From: an uncultured Pseudonocardiaceae bacterium
GTDB taxonomy: Bacteria > Actinomycetota > Actinomycetes > Mycobacteriales > Pseudonocardiaceae
Length of the DNA stretch: 64,000 nt
Reading direction: 5' to 3'
Assembly: GCA_964250265.1 (NCBI GenBank)
Contig: CAXUFG010000001.1
Span: forward strand, 305-64,304
Position numbers and translations under genes: made by a program. The notes beneath the pieces were generated by a model. That model was not told where the DNA came from. It searched no databases and was given only the letters and a program-made list of their open reading frames with translations. Positions 22,928 to 35,913 of this stretch are shown one piece after another; position 1 is the stretch's first letter; the number at the start of each line of letters is the position of its first letter.

Positions 22928-23081
22928 TGTTCCTCCCTTGGCCAACCACGATTTCCACGAGATCACCGCGAAGTGGCGAGGATACCGCGACCCGGTCGAG
23001 CCCGGGAGGATGGTCGGGCAAAGTCAGCCACAATCCCCCAGTCAGGATCCTCAGTCAGGATTCCCTGACGCCCGTTGCCGG

Positions 23082-23459
23082 TCAGAATCCCATTGCCTGG
23101 GCGCGACGCTTCACCTCGCGACCCCGATCGGTTCGCAACGCGCCTATGGGAGTGCCGGGCAGCGAATCCTCCGCGGTGAACAACCAACGCAGGATCTCCT
23201 CGGGGGGGTAGCCGGCGTCGCGCAGCAACGTGATCGTGCCGGGCAGCCCCTTAACCACGGCGTTGCCGCTGAGGAACTCCGCAGGTACCACCACCACGCC
23301 ATGACGGCGTATTCCCAGTAGTTGCCCATCGCGCAGCATCTGGTGCACCCGGGTTACCGCCAGTCCGAGCCGTTGCGCCACATCGGGTAGCGGCAGCACC
23401 ACCACCTCGGGATCGAGCACATCCGGGGCGATTGGTAGGTCGCTCACAGTGGTCACCAT
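23082..23459 (-). CDS. Rv2175c-like winged-HTH DNA-binding protein (PknL substrate family)
   Basis: 125 aa, with LPLPDVAQRLGLAVTRVHQMLRDGQLLGIRR...GYPPEEILRWLFT. It is divergently paired with a PknL-type kinase, as in mycobacteria. Confidence 0.7.
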   Translation of the reverse strand: MVTTVSDLPIAPDVLDPEVVVLPLPDVAQRLGLAVTRVHQMLRDGQLLGIRRHGVVVVPAEFLSGNAVVKGLPGTITLLRDAGYPPEEILRWLFTAEDSLPGTPIGALRTDRGREVKRRAQAMGF

Positions 23460-23527
23460 GCCATACCTACCAGCCAGCGCCCTTCCGCCGTTCGGGGAGC
23501 GCGGCGAGTCCGTACGATCCTCGAACT

Positions 23528-25522
<1,995 letters not shown>

Positions 25523-25537
25523 GAGTTGCTCGCAGAC

Positions 25538-26962
<1,425 letters not shown>

Positions 26963-27011
26963 TCAGTGGCCCCACTGACGAACCCACTGACGAACCTGTC
27001 GACGGCCCTCG

Positions 27012-28034
27012 TCAGCCGAAGAACACCTCGGCCTCCGCGTAGCGGCCCTGCGGAACCGTCTTGACCACCGCGGTGGCCTCCGCGAGTTTCACCCGGATGA
27101 TGTCGGTGCCGCGCAACGCCACCATCACGCCGCTGTCACCCTCGTGCACCGCATCGACCGCATGCACGCCGAATCGAGTGGCCAGCACCCGGTCGTAGGC
27201 GGTGGGCGTGCCGCCGCGCTGGATGTGCCCCAGCACCACGGCGCGAGACTCGGCGCCGGTGCGACGGGCGATCTCCTCCGCCAACCAGTTCCCGACGCCG
27301 CCCAGGCGCTTGTGGCCGAAGGCATCGACCTCCGCGGCCGCGAGCGACTCCGCGCCACCTTCTGGTACTGCACCCTCGGCCACTACGACAATCGCAGCGT
27401 CATCGCGCTCGAGGCAGCGGACGACCCACTGGCACACCCGGTCGACGGAGAAGGGGCGTTCCGGAATCAGGATCGCATTCGCCCCACCGGCCATCCCGGA
27501 GTGCAGCGCGATCCAGCCCGCGCTGCGGCCCATCACCTCGACGACGGCCGCGCGGTGATGAGATTCGGCGGTGGTGCGCAACCGGTCGATCGCCTCGGTC
27601 GCGATGTGCACTGCGGTGTCGAACCCAAAGGTGTAGTCCGTGGCACTCAGGTCGTTGTCGATGGTCTTGGGCACGCCCACCACAAAAAGCCCGTCTTCGC
27701 TCAGCCGGCTGGCCACGCCGAGGGTGTCCTCGCCGCCGATCGCGATCAGGGCGTCCACGCCGTGCTCGGCGAGGGTCTGCTTGACCTGCTCGGCACCGCC
27801 ATCGCGGTACGGGTTGGTGCGCGAAGTGCGCAGGATGGTGCCGCCGAGCGGGAGGATGTCCTCCACGTCGGCGAGACCGAGCGGCTGGATCAGCCCCTGC
27901 ATCGGACCCCGCCAGCCGTCCCGGAATCCGATGATCTCGTGCCCGTAGGCCTCGATGCCCTTGCGGGTGACCGCACGGATCACCGCATTGAGGCCGGGGC
28001 AGTCACCACCCCCCGTGAGTACGCCGATGCGCAT
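27012..28034 (-). CDS. pfkA: 6-phosphofructokinase
   Basis: ORF 27012..28361 was trimmed to the ATG at 28034 (MRIGVLTGGGDCPGLNAVIR). It has GGDDT-like GGEDTLG and the PKTIDND motif. Confidence 0.9.
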   Translation of the reverse strand: MRIGVLTGGGDCPGLNAVIRAVTRKGIEAYGHEIIGFRDGWRGPMQGLIQPLGLADVEDILPLGGTILRTSRTNPYRDGGAEQVKQTLAEHGVDALIAIGGEDTLGVASRLSEDGLFVVGVPKTIDNDLSATDYTFGFDTAVHIATEAIDRLRTTAESHHRAAVVEVMGRSAGWIALHSGMAGGANAILIPERPFSVDRVCQWVVRCLERDDAAIVVVAEGAVPEGGAESLAAAEVDAFGHKRLGGVGNWLAEEIARRTGAESRAVVLGHIQRGGTPTAYDRVLATRFGVHAVDAVHEGDSGVMVALRGTDIIRVKLAEATAVVKTVPQGRYAEAEVFFG

Positions 28035-28114
28035 GTCGATTCGCCTTCCCACTGATGTACCGGATTGACGGGCGAAAGCCTGGCACGGCTCGATCGATGC
28101 AGCAAAGCGACAGG

Positions 28115-28618
28115 TCAGCGCGAACGGCTTTGCTTCGCCATGCGGTGTTGCTCGATCAGCCGCCACCGGGTGAGGTTGTACCGGGCGTCGGCTACGGCGT
28201 CGTGGGCGTCTCTGGGTGGCTGGGGCAGTGCCGGCTTGCCGGCGTCCTCCCAACGCTGCCTGAGGTCCCGCGTAAACCGTGGTAGGGCCTTCGGCAACGC
28301 TGGCATGGGCCCCCATAGTTGCGCAAGGGCGACGTGGTCGTAGGCGGCGAACCAGGCCCATAACTCCACCCGCTCACCGGACGCGGTGAGAAACTCCAGC
28401 AGGGTGTCCCGGATAGCAGCCCGGCTGCGCCAAGCCCGGTCCGCAGGCGGTGGCAGCTTGGGCAATACATGTGATCGGACCCAGTCTCCGGCCCGTTCTG
28501 GGTCGAATTCGGTGGATACCGCGTAGTACTCCCGACCGTGCTCGTCCACCACGCCGATCGAGATCAGCTCGATGGTGACGCCATCCTCGATGAACTCGCA
28601 GTCGTAGAAGAACCGCAC
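28115..28618 (-). CDS. 3'-5' exoribonuclease (Rv2179c-like, DEDD-type)
   Basis: MRFFYDCEFIEDGVTIELISIGVVDEHGREYYAVSTEFDPERAG...YDHVALAQLWGPM...HDAVADAR is near-collinear with Rv2179c as I remember it. Confidence 0.85.
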   Translation of the reverse strand: MRFFYDCEFIEDGVTIELISIGVVDEHGREYYAVSTEFDPERAGDWVRSHVLPKLPPPADRAWRSRAAIRDTLLEFLTASGERVELWAWFAAYDHVALAQLWGPMPALPKALPRFTRDLRQRWEDAGKPALPQPPRDAHDAVADARYNLTRWRLIEQHRMAKQSRSR

Positions 28619-28657
28619 GACCGACTAGCCTACGCAGCTCCGGCCTACCGGATTCGA

Positions 28658-29365
28658 TCAGGACGCCTTGAGCGTCAGCCGCGGCGGTGCGGACTCGCGC
28701 TCCTTCACCGATGTTGCGTAGATGTCGACGTACTCCTGACCGGAGAGATCCATCAAGGAGTACATGATCTCGTCAACCAGGGACCGCTCGATGAATCGGT
28801 CACCGGCCAGACCCGCGTAACGAGAGAAGTCCAGTGGGGCGCCAAAACGTATCTCTACCGGATGCGGCCGCCACATCTTGGTGCCGGCCGGGCTGACTTT
28901 GTCAGTGCCCACCATCACGACTGGGATCACCGGAACGCCGGCCTCCAGCGCCATCCGGGCGACGCCGGTCTTACCCTTGTACAGCCGCCCGTCGGGCGAC
29001 CGGGTGCCTTCCGGATAGATGCCGAGCAACTTACCCGCGGCCAGCAACCGCACTCCGGTATCGAGGGCGGCCTGGGCGGCGGACCCGCTGGAGCGGTCGA
29101 TGGGAACCTGGCCTGCGGCGCTGAAAAACCGCCGCTTGAGCCATCCGCGCAGTCCGGGCGTGGTGAAGTACTCCCGCTTGGCCAGAAATGTGAGCCGGCG
29201 CCGGATCATCAGCGGCAGGAAGAACGAGTCGGCGACCGCGAGGTGGTTGCTGGCCAGAATCGCTCCACCGCGCCGGGGAATGTGCTCGGATCCGCGGACC
29301 TGCGGGCGACATGCCAGCTTCATCAGCGGGCCAAGCAGCAGGTGTTTGAGCACCCAGTAGAACAC
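28658..29365 (-). CDS. plsC: 1-acyl-sn-glycerol-3-phosphate acyltransferase family protein
   Basis: H-x4-D motif NHLAVADSF, plus IYPEGTRS. Confidence 0.8.
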   Translation of the reverse strand: MFYWVLKHLLLGPLMKLACRPQVRGSEHIPRRGGAILASNHLAVADSFFLPLMIRRRLTFLAKREYFTTPGLRGWLKRRFFSAAGQVPIDRSSGSAAQAALDTGVRLLAAGKLLGIYPEGTRSPDGRLYKGKTGVARMALEAGVPVIPVVMVGTDKVSPAGTKMWRPHPVEIRFGAPLDFSRYAGLAGDRFIERSLVDEIMYSLMDLSGQEYVDIYATSVKERESAPPRLTLKAS

Positions 29366-29509
29366 CGCCTACCGATCCTTCCCTTGCCCTCGCGGGCCGC
29401 AACAGCAGCAAGCCTACGGATGAGGCCGTCCGCGGCACAACGGTCCCCCACCCATCCTGGCGTACGCGTCGCCGGTCACCCCTGGTTCGCCGATTGCTAG
29501 GTATTTACG

Positions 29510-30019
29510 GTGTGGCCGGTTTCGGGGTCCCGGGTACTGTCGACTCCGCAGCAAGCCCCCGAGCACGGAGAGTGGTGCCGCCGGTTGACCTACCCCGATC
29601 CGGACGAGCAGGAGCGTGACGGCCAAGCATCGCGGGGCCGTTCGAAAGACCGCGCGGAGGACGATCTGGGAGACACCCACGCCGCGTTCGACCGTATCGT
29701 CGCGGGCTTGCGGGCCGAGCCCGAACCATGCTGGCCTGCACTCGACCCGGCACCGGAGCCCGCCCGGCACGCTGGCGAGGATCACTTCGAGCCACCAGAA
29801 CCACCACCGTTCCCCACACCTCGCCCTCGCACAGTGGGCGGCGTGCTTACACTCACCATGGGGGTGTTGTTGCTGGTAGGACCGGGCCTGCTGGGTCTCG
29901 GTGAGCGTGTGGCGACACCGCTGGGTCTGCTCGCTCTCACCGCCGGGATCGGGTGGCTGGTGATCGGCCTGCGACCTGATCCTCCACCGGAGGGATCAGA
30001 CGACGGGGCACGGCTCTAG
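29510..30019 (+). CDS. Hypothetical membrane protein
   Basis: Acidic/Pro-rich N-terminal half (EDHFEPPEPPPFP) followed by two predicted TM helices (VLTLTMGVLLLVGPGLLGL, LGLLALTAGIGWLVIGL). The GTG start at 29510 is uncertain. Confidence 0.45.
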   Translation: MWPVSGSRVLSTPQQAPEHGEWCRRLTYPDPDEQERDGQASRGRSKDRAEDDLGDTHAAFDRIVAGLRAEPEPCWPALDPAPEPARHAGEDHFEPPEPPPFPTPRPRTVGGVLTLTMGVLLLVGPGLLGLGERVATPLGLLALTAGIGWLVIGLRPDPPPEGSDDGARL

Positions 30020-30036
30020 GTATCAGGCTCACCGCA

Positions 30037-30477
30037 TCAGGCCAGGAGCTCCACCCGGCGCTTGAGCTCCTTCAGCGCGGTATCCATGATGACCTTCTCG
30101 GCCTTTCGCTTGATAATTTTGATCATCGGAATCGCGAGGTCCACCGTGAGACTGTAGGTCACTTTGGTCGCTGTGCCCGCAGGTTCCAGGACGTAAGACC
30201 CGTGCTGCGCCTTTTGCAGCTGGCCCTCGACCAGTTCCCAGGCCACCGTCAGTCCGTCCGCTGACCACACGTAATCGAGCACGTACTCGTCCTTGATCAG
30301 GCCGGCGTCCAAGGAGAACCGTACCCGCTCCGCACGGTCATCCATTCCGGGAATAATCACCTCAGCCTTCTTCACCGCCATCGCCCACTGCGGGTAGCCG
30401 GAGAAATCTGCGATCACATCCATGATCGCTTTGGGTCCGGCATTGACGACGATGGACTGGGTCGAGTGGTCGGCCAT
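30037..30477 (-). CDS. SRPBCC family protein (polyketide cyclase/dehydrase-like, Rv2185c/TB16.3-like)
   Basis: ORF 30037..30747 was trimmed to the ATG at 30477 (MADHSTQSIVVNAGPKAIMDVIADFSGYPQW). Confidence 0.75.
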   Translation of the reverse strand: MADHSTQSIVVNAGPKAIMDVIADFSGYPQWAMAVKKAEVIIPGMDDRAERVRFSLDAGLIKDEYVLDYVWSADGLTVAWELVEGQLQKAQHGSYVLEPAGTATKVTYSLTVDLAIPMIKIIKRKAEKVIMDTALKELKRRVELLA

Positions 30478-30515
30478 GCCGCGCAGGTTACCGGTCATCT
30501 CGATGCAGGGAGTGG

Positions 30516-31304
30516 TCAACACCGCACCACGTGCGGGGCGCCGGTCCGCTGGAAATGCCCGACATTGACGCACTCGGTTCGCCCTAGCCGCACCCGCTGG
30601 GCCAGCGGCTGATGAACGTGGCCGAACAGTGCCGCACGGGGTCGATCCCGTCGGATGGCCGCGAGTAGGTGCTGCGAGCCGGTCTCGGGCCGCCGGGCCT
30701 GCACGTCGTAGACCAGTTCGGGGACGGCCGGGGGGATGTGGCTGCACAACATGTCAACCTGCCCGAGCGCCGCGACGGCCACCGCGTACTGATCTGGTGT
30801 CCGAAGGTAGGAGCGGAACACCGGCTCCCCCTGGGGGATGAAGCCCTCAGGTAACAGGCCACCCCCCACGAACCCCCAGTTCAGACCGCCGATCTGGATG
30901 CTCTGGCCGTCGAGGACGTGCACACCGGCGTGCGCGAACCGCGGCCACAGCTCTGGGAGATCCACATTGCCGGGGGTGGCGTAGGTCGGGCTGGGCAGCG
31001 CCGCGAACAGCCGCTCGTACTGCTCGGTGACGGCTTGGCGGACGACCTCGCGGGAGTCCGGCACTTGCGCCCACAAGTCCCGCACGAACGCTGACGCCGC
31101 GCCTGGCGCTCCACCGCAGCGCAGTTGCGCGAACCGGTGAACGGCGGTAGGCCCGAATACCGAGCCGAGAATCCCCGCGGAATGATCGTGGTAGTCCACA
31201 AAATCGAGGAGGTCTCCGAGCACCAGCAGTGCATCGGCGCCTTCACCCGCCCTGGCCAGCGCGTCCGCGTTACCGTGCACGTCGGATACCACGTGGACCC
31301 GCAC
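30516..31304 (-). CDS. Metallophosphoesterase
   Basis: Motifs VVSDVHGN, VLGDLLD, TPGNVD, CSHIPP and FGHVH. ORF 30516..31418 was trimmed to the GTG at 31304. The start is uncertain, with an alternative ATG at 31352. Confidence 0.65.
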   Translation of the reverse strand: MRVHVVSDVHGNADALARAGEGADALLVLGDLLDFVDYHDHSAGILGSVFGPTAVHRFAQLRCGGAPGAASAFVRDLWAQVPDSREVVRQAVTEQYERLFAALPSPTYATPGNVDLPELWPRFAHAGVHVLDGQSIQIGGLNWGFVGGGLLPEGFIPQGEPVFRSYLRTPDQYAVAVAALGQVDMLCSHIPPAVPELVYDVQARRPETGSQHLLAAIRRDRPRAALFGHVHQPLAQRVRLGRTECVNVGHFQRTGAPHVVRC

Positions 31305-31474
31305 AATGAGGGAGGTTACCTGGCGCCAGCAGCGCCTCGGCCGACCAACCATCGGTGGCGGCCCCGCTGGCGGGGCGCGGGCGCCATTGCCGGACGCCGG
31401 GACTGTTGGACAAATCACCGGGCGCGATACGTTGCCAGGGACTACTAGAAGAATTGCGAGCTGCGGAGGTACCC

Positions 31475-33289
31475 GTGCGGGAGTTTACGGTTCCCGCCAC
31501 CACTCAGGTGGCTGATCAGGAGAACCTTACCGATGCGGTGTGGGCCAATGCCGAGCGCTTCGCCGCCAGCATCAGCTTCCGCCGCCGGGTAGAGGGCGGC
31601 TGGGTAGACATCACAGCGCGGGAATTTGCTGATCAGGTGACCGCGGTGGCCAAGGGCCTCATCGCAGGTGGCATTGAGCGGGGGGATCGGATCGCGCTGC
31701 TGTCCACGACGCGCTACGAGTGGACCCTGCTGGACTACGCTATCTGGGCGGCCGGCGCGTCAACGGTGCCGGTTTACGAGTCATCCGCTCCCGAACAAGT
31801 GGAGTGGATCCTGTCGGACTCCGAAGCCAAGGCGATCGTGGTCGAAACGTTCGCACACCGCGAGATGGTCCAGGCCCTGGCGGATCGGCTGGGCCAGCCT
31901 GCCCAGGTCTGGCAGATCGACCCGGGACCGAGCGGCGGCGACCCGGCTGGCGCGATCGAGCAGCTCACCGCGCTGGGCTCCGAGATCTCTACCGACGCAG
32001 CGCGGGAGCGCGCTGGCACAGTGGGCGCCGACGATCTGGCAACATTGATCTATACCTCAGGCACCACTGGACGACCCAAGGGCTGCGAGATCACCCACGG
32101 CAACCTGCTCGCCGTGACCCGGTCGGCCTTGGTCGAGTTTCCACGCCTGATGCAGCCAAGCAACTCGGTGCTGTTGTTCCTGCCTTTGGCACATGTTCTC
32201 GCGCGCATCATTCAGACGATCTGCGTGTACGCCCGGATCACTCTTGGTCACGCTCTCGGTGTGAAGAATCTGGTCGCCGAGCTGGCTGAATTCCGGCCCA
32301 CATTCGTGCTCGCGGTGCCTCGGGTATTCGAAAAGGTATACAACTCGGCTCGGCAGAAGGCACATGCGCAGGGCAAGGGCCGCATCTTCGACATCGCCGT
32401 TTCCACCGCCGTCGAGTGGAGCCGAGCACTCGACACCGGTGGGGCCGGACTTACCTTGCGGGCGAAGCACGCGTTGTTTGACCAGCTGGTCTACTCCAAA
32501 CTCCGGGTGGTGCTCGGCAGTCGGTGTATCGCGGCGGTCTCCGGTGGTGCTCCGCTGGGCGAGCGGCTCGGGCACTTCTTCCGTGGTGTCGGAGTGACGG
32601 TGTTCGAAGGCTACGGGCTGACCGAGACCAGCGCGCCCGTGGCGGTGAACACCGAGAAGAACCTCAAGATCGGCACCGTGGGTAGACCGCTGGGCGGGGT
32701 GGCGATCAAGATCGCCGACGATGGCGAGGTGCTGATCAAAGGTCCTGGGGTGCTGCGCCGTTACTGGCACGAGGAGCAGGCCACCAAGGAAGCGATCGTC
32801 GATGGCTGGCTGCATACCGGCGACCTCGGCGAGCTGGATCAAGACGGCTTCCTGCGGATCACCGGACGGAAGAAAGAGATCATTGTTACCGCCGGTGGCA
32901 AGAACGTATCCCCGGCTGTGTTGGAGGACAGGATCCGAGCCCACCGCCTGATCAGCCAATGCATGGTGGTGGGCGACCAGCAGCCCTTCATCGCCGCCCT
33001 GATCACCATCGACGCCGAGGTGCTACCGGCGTGGCGCGCAGAGCACAGTAAGCCCGCGGGTAACTCCGCTGCCGATCTGATTGATGATGAGGAGCTGCGC
33101 GCCGAGATACAACGCGCGGTGGACGACGCCAACAAGACCGTGTCGAAGGCTGAGACGATCCGCAAGTTCCGGATTCTGCCGGTCGACTTCACCGAACGGG
33201 ACGGCCAGCTCACTCCGAGTCTGAAGATGAAGCGTGGGGTGGTCGCCAAGGAGTTCGCGGCCGAGATAGAAGCGTTGTACGCGACGTGA
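31475..33289 (+). CDS. fadD15: Long-chain fatty-acid--CoA ligase (AMP-dependent synthetase)
   Basis: AMP-binding motif LIYTSGTTGRPKG, GYGLTET and TGDLGELDQDGFLRITGRKK. ORF 31355..33289 was trimmed to the GTG at 31475, preceded by GGAGG. Confidence 0.85.
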   Translation: MREFTVPATTQVADQENLTDAVWANAERFAASISFRRRVEGGWVDITAREFADQVTAVAKGLIAGGIERGDRIALLSTTRYEWTLLDYAIWAAGASTVPVYESSAPEQVEWILSDSEAKAIVVETFAHREMVQALADRLGQPAQVWQIDPGPSGGDPAGAIEQLTALGSEISTDAARERAGTVGADDLATLIYTSGTTGRPKGCEITHGNLLAVTRSALVEFPRLMQPSNSVLLFLPLAHVLARIIQTICVYARITLGHALGVKNLVAELAEFRPTFVLAVPRVFEKVYNSARQKAHAQGKGRIFDIAVSTAVEWSRALDTGGAGLTLRAKHALFDQLVYSKLRVVLGSRCIAAVSGGAPLGERLGHFFRGVGVTVFEGYGLTETSAPVAVNTEKNLKIGTVGRPLGGVAIKIADDGEVLIKGPGVLRRYWHEEQATKEAIVDGWLHTGDLGELDQDGFLRITGRKKEIIVTAGGKNVSPAVLEDRIRAHRLISQCMVVGDQQPFIAALITIDAEVLPAWRAEHSKPAGNSAADLIDDEELRAEIQRAVDDANKTVSKAETIRKFRILPVDFTERDGQLTPSLKMKRGVVAKEFAAEIEALYAT

Positions 33290-33310
33290 GTGCGAAACGG
33301 TGTGATGAGT

Positions 33311-34432
33311 TCAGCCGAACAGAGCGGCTACCCGCTCGGCGCGGCTAGACCACTGCCAATCCTGCAGCATCCACCCTCGCCCGCGCCGGCCCATCACTGC
33401 TGCCCGCTCCGGATCGGCCAGTAGCATCGCGACGGCTCGGGTCACCGCCTCGATGTCCCGACCGTTGACCAGTTCTCCGGTTTCACCGGGCAGGACGGTC
33501 TCCCTCGCCCCTCCGGCGTCGCCCACCACAACCGGCAATCCGGTCGCCGCAGCCTCGAGGAACACCAGACCGAGCCCTTCAACGTCGAGCCCCTGACCCC
33601 GACTACGGCACGGCATCGCGAAAACGTCACCTGCGGCGTAGTACGCGGGCAGCTCAGACCACGGCACTCCACCAGTGCACACCACGGCGTCGGCAACGCC
33701 ACACGAGCCGGCCAGCCGGTGCAACGCAGCCCTCCGGGGCCCGTCCCCCACGAGCAGCAGGATGGCCCCCGGCACTTGACGCCGGATCTCTGAGAACGCT
33801 CGCACGAGAACGTCCTGCCCCTTGCGAGCCACCAGCCGGGACACGCACACCACCACCGGGGCCTCCCCCAGCCGGTGGCGTCGCCGGATCTCGGTCCGCG
33901 CGGCCGGGTCCGGGCGGAACGCTCCACAGTCCACGCCAGGTGGAAGTAGTTCCAGGGCGGCTCGGGGCCCGAAAGCCGAGGCGATCCGCCGGCGGGTGTA
34001 GGAGCTCACGGCAGTGACCACGTCGGCATCCGCACCGATCCGGCGAAGCGCAATCCGTCCCGGGGGCAGCATCGACCAACCCACCTCATGCCCGTGGCTG
34101 CTGGCCACCACTCGTTGCGCCCCGGCGCGGCGCAACCCCGGACCGAGCAAGGCCAGCGGGGCCGCGGCGCCGAACCACGCAGTTTCGCAGCGAAGGTCCT
34201 TCAGCAGCCCGACCGCGCGCCGCAGGACCAACGGTGTGGGAAGCATGAGGGTGCCGGGATGTCGGACGACCGGGAACGGCAATCGAGCATCGAAGGGCCG
34301 CGCGCCCGGCCAGTCCGGTGCGTAGACAGCGATCGCGTCTGCGGGCAATGTCATAGCCAGCTGGTGCAGGTATGCCTGGATTCCCCCGGGTCGCGGTGGG
34401 AAGTCATTGCTCACCAGCAAGATCCGCGGCAC
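33311..34432 (-). CDS. GT4 family glycosyltransferase (PimB-like mannosyltransferase)
   Basis: N-terminus VPRILLVSNDFPPRPGGIQ, and the E-x7-E region FLEAAATGLPVVVGDAGGARETV. ORF 33311..34543 was trimmed to the GTG at 34432. Confidence 0.75.
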   Translation of the reverse strand: MPRILLVSNDFPPRPGGIQAYLHQLAMTLPADAIAVYAPDWPGARPFDARLPFPVVRHPGTLMLPTPLVLRRAVGLLKDLRCETAWFGAAAPLALLGPGLRRAGAQRVVASSHGHEVGWSMLPPGRIALRRIGADADVVTAVSSYTRRRIASAFGPRAALELLPPGVDCGAFRPDPAARTEIRRRHRLGEAPVVVCVSRLVARKGQDVLVRAFSEIRRQVPGAILLLVGDGPRRAALHRLAGSCGVADAVVCTGGVPWSELPAYYAAGDVFAMPCRSRGQGLDVEGLGLVFLEAAATGLPVVVGDAGGARETVLPGETGELVNGRDIEAVTRAVAMLLADPERAAVMGRRGRGWMLQDWQWSSRAERVAALFG

Positions 34433-34535
34433 CCGTCCGACGGTATCTCTGACGTCGCCGGAGGGTTGCGGCCTCGACCTGGCTGAGATGGTGCCTTCGG
34501 GCCGTTGTGACCAGACCGGATAGCCGCCGGTGGGC

Positions 34536-35672
34536 TCAGCCAATCCGGCTCATTGCGGTGACCTGCCTCCACGGCACCGGGACGACCTTCACCACGTCGC
34601 CGCTCTGAGGCGCGTTGACGTAGAGGCCGTCACCGATGTAAATCCCGATGTGGCTGATCGGGGAGTACAACGCGATCAGATCGCCCGGCTGCAGCTGGGC
34701 CTGACTCACGCTGCGCCCCATCCGCGCCTGTTCCTGAGCTGAGTGCGGCAGACCCGGCAGGCCGGCCTTCTCGAAAGCCCATTTCACCAAACCCGAGCAG
34801 TCGAAGGTGACGGGCCCGTCACCGCCCCAGACATAGGACGAGCCCTGCTTGCTCAGCGCGATGCGTGCAGCTTGGACCGGGATGCCGGTGCCTATCAGAT
34901 TGATCGGGAAGTGGGTGTTGCCGCCGGAAAGATAGGCGGCGCGGGTCTGGCGCGTCAGCTCCGCGAGGCGCTTGGTGACCACCTGGATCTGGCGGTCCAT
35001 CTCGGCGCGGGAACGAGTCAGGTCACCTTCGAGGCGGGCGGCATCGTGTTCGGCCTGGCCAGCTCGCCCCGCAGCCTCATTGGCCGATCGCTGCGCCTGC
35101 TGGGTCTGCGCGACGGCGCCGGTGAGCCGATCCAGTGCATGCTTACTGTCCACAGCGAGCATATCCAGCGCCGACATCTGGTCCAGGAAATCTTGAGGCG
35201 AGTCACTGACCAGCAGAGCTGACAACCGGGACAGCCGCACACCTTGGAACGACGCGCTGGTCAGCCGGTCGACTTGTCCCCGGTACTGACTCTGGACTAC
35301 CCGGGCGCGATCTGCCGAGGCGGCGGCAGCGTTGGCATCTGCTTTAGCTCGGTCCAGATCAGTACGGCGGGCGTTCAACTGATCACGAGCGTAGTGCCAG
35401 CTCTCGGTGAGCACTTCTGCCTGCCGATTCAGCGCAGCGAGCTGCTCCAGCGCAGTTTGGCCATCCCCTGGCACCGCAGGGTCGGCGGTCGCCGTGGTGG
35501 GCAGCACGCTCGCCAGAAGACCTACCGTTGCGGCGGTGACCGTTGCCGACACACCGCGCTTCACGACACCGTGTCTCACCGCCCCGAGTCGTCTGAGGAC
35601 CCGGAGTCTGCTGCTATCAGACCCCCGGCCACCAGCACCCACAACACCGGACTTCAGATGATGCGACGACAC
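34536..35672 (-). CDS. Secreted coiled-coil + NlpC/P60 peptidoglycan endopeptidase (RipA/RipC-like), paralog 1
   Basis: Signal-like segment VSATVTAATVGLLASVLPTTATA, a long Ala/Gln/Arg coiled-coil, and a C-terminal NlpC/P60 domain (YVWGGDGPVTFDCSGLVKWAF...GDLIALYSPISHIGIYIGDG). The GTG at 35672 follows a GAGGAG SD, but later in-frame GTGs (for example 35600, 35579) are possible. Confidence 0.85.
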   Translation of the reverse strand: MSSHHLKSGVVGAGGRGSDSSRLRVLRRLGAVRHGVVKRGVSATVTAATVGLLASVLPTTATADPAVPGDGQTALEQLAALNRQAEVLTESWHYARDQLNARRTDLDRAKADANAAAASADRARVVQSQYRGQVDRLTSASFQGVRLSRLSALLVSDSPQDFLDQMSALDMLAVDSKHALDRLTGAVAQTQQAQRSANEAAGRAGQAEHDAARLEGDLTRSRAEMDRQIQVVTKRLAELTRQTRAAYLSGGNTHFPINLIGTGIPVQAARIALSKQGSSYVWGGDGPVTFDCSGLVKWAFEKAGLPGLPHSAQEQARMGRSVSQAQLQPGDLIALYSPISHIGIYIGDGLYVNAPQSGDVVKVVPVPWRQVTAMSRIG

Positions 35673-35694
35673 GTCGCGGCTGTCTCCTCTTCCC

Positions 35695-35830
35695 TTGGAC
35701 CGCCTACCGGGTTCAGCTGATGGGTTCGGGCCGGTGTGGAGCAGCCCTACCGAGCGGGCATGATGTCCCACCCGGATTCACCCGGGGGAAAGGTGGATCC
35801 CCGGCTCGGCTGGCGACGATCCACTGGCGA
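35695..35830 (-). promoter_or_regulatory. ydaO/yuaA-class (c-di-AMP) riboswitch
   Basis: The minus strand carries GCCGAGCCGGGGAUCCA..CCCGGGUGAAUCCGGGUGGG..GGCCCGAACCCAUCAGCUGAACCCGGUAGGCG. These match all the conserved ydaO blocks I know (GAGCGGGGGACCCA, GGGUGAAUCC, ACCCGAACCCGUCAGCUAACCUCGUAAGCG). The motif lies directly upstream of the SD of an NlpC/P60 gene, a known actinobacterial context. Confidence 0.8.
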
Positions 35831-35913
35831 CGATCCACCTGGCGACGCAAGCCGATTCGGCGGCGACCTGCGTCGCCGCCCGTTTGGGAGGCACCTACCG
35901 CAAAGTCTCGGGA

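Noticed and set aside
23039-23069. A 10-bp direct repeat cagtcaggat x2 (period 13) plus the palindrome GTCAGG-ATTC-CCTGAC, just downstream of the Rv2175c-like gene and upstream of the small MT0933-like gene.
   Set aside because: This is most simply a short terminator-type hairpin after the stop at 23082. It is too short and isolated to claim an operator.
26971-26994. A 12-bp tandem duplication cccactgacgaa x2 between pfkA and aroG, with an adjacent short inverted repeat.
   Set aside because: Only two units are present, in a short intergenic spacer. It is probably a slippage duplication or weak terminator stem and not obviously functional.
35806-35850. A triple direct repeat of CGTCGCCAG / GGATCGTCGCCAG just upstream of the ydaO core, and the GGCGGCGAC-GCAG-GTCGCCGCC hairpin (about 35861..35882).
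   Set aside because: These probably belong to the 5' helices of the riboswitch or its leader. I cannot separate them from the riboswitch structure without folding or covariation analysis.
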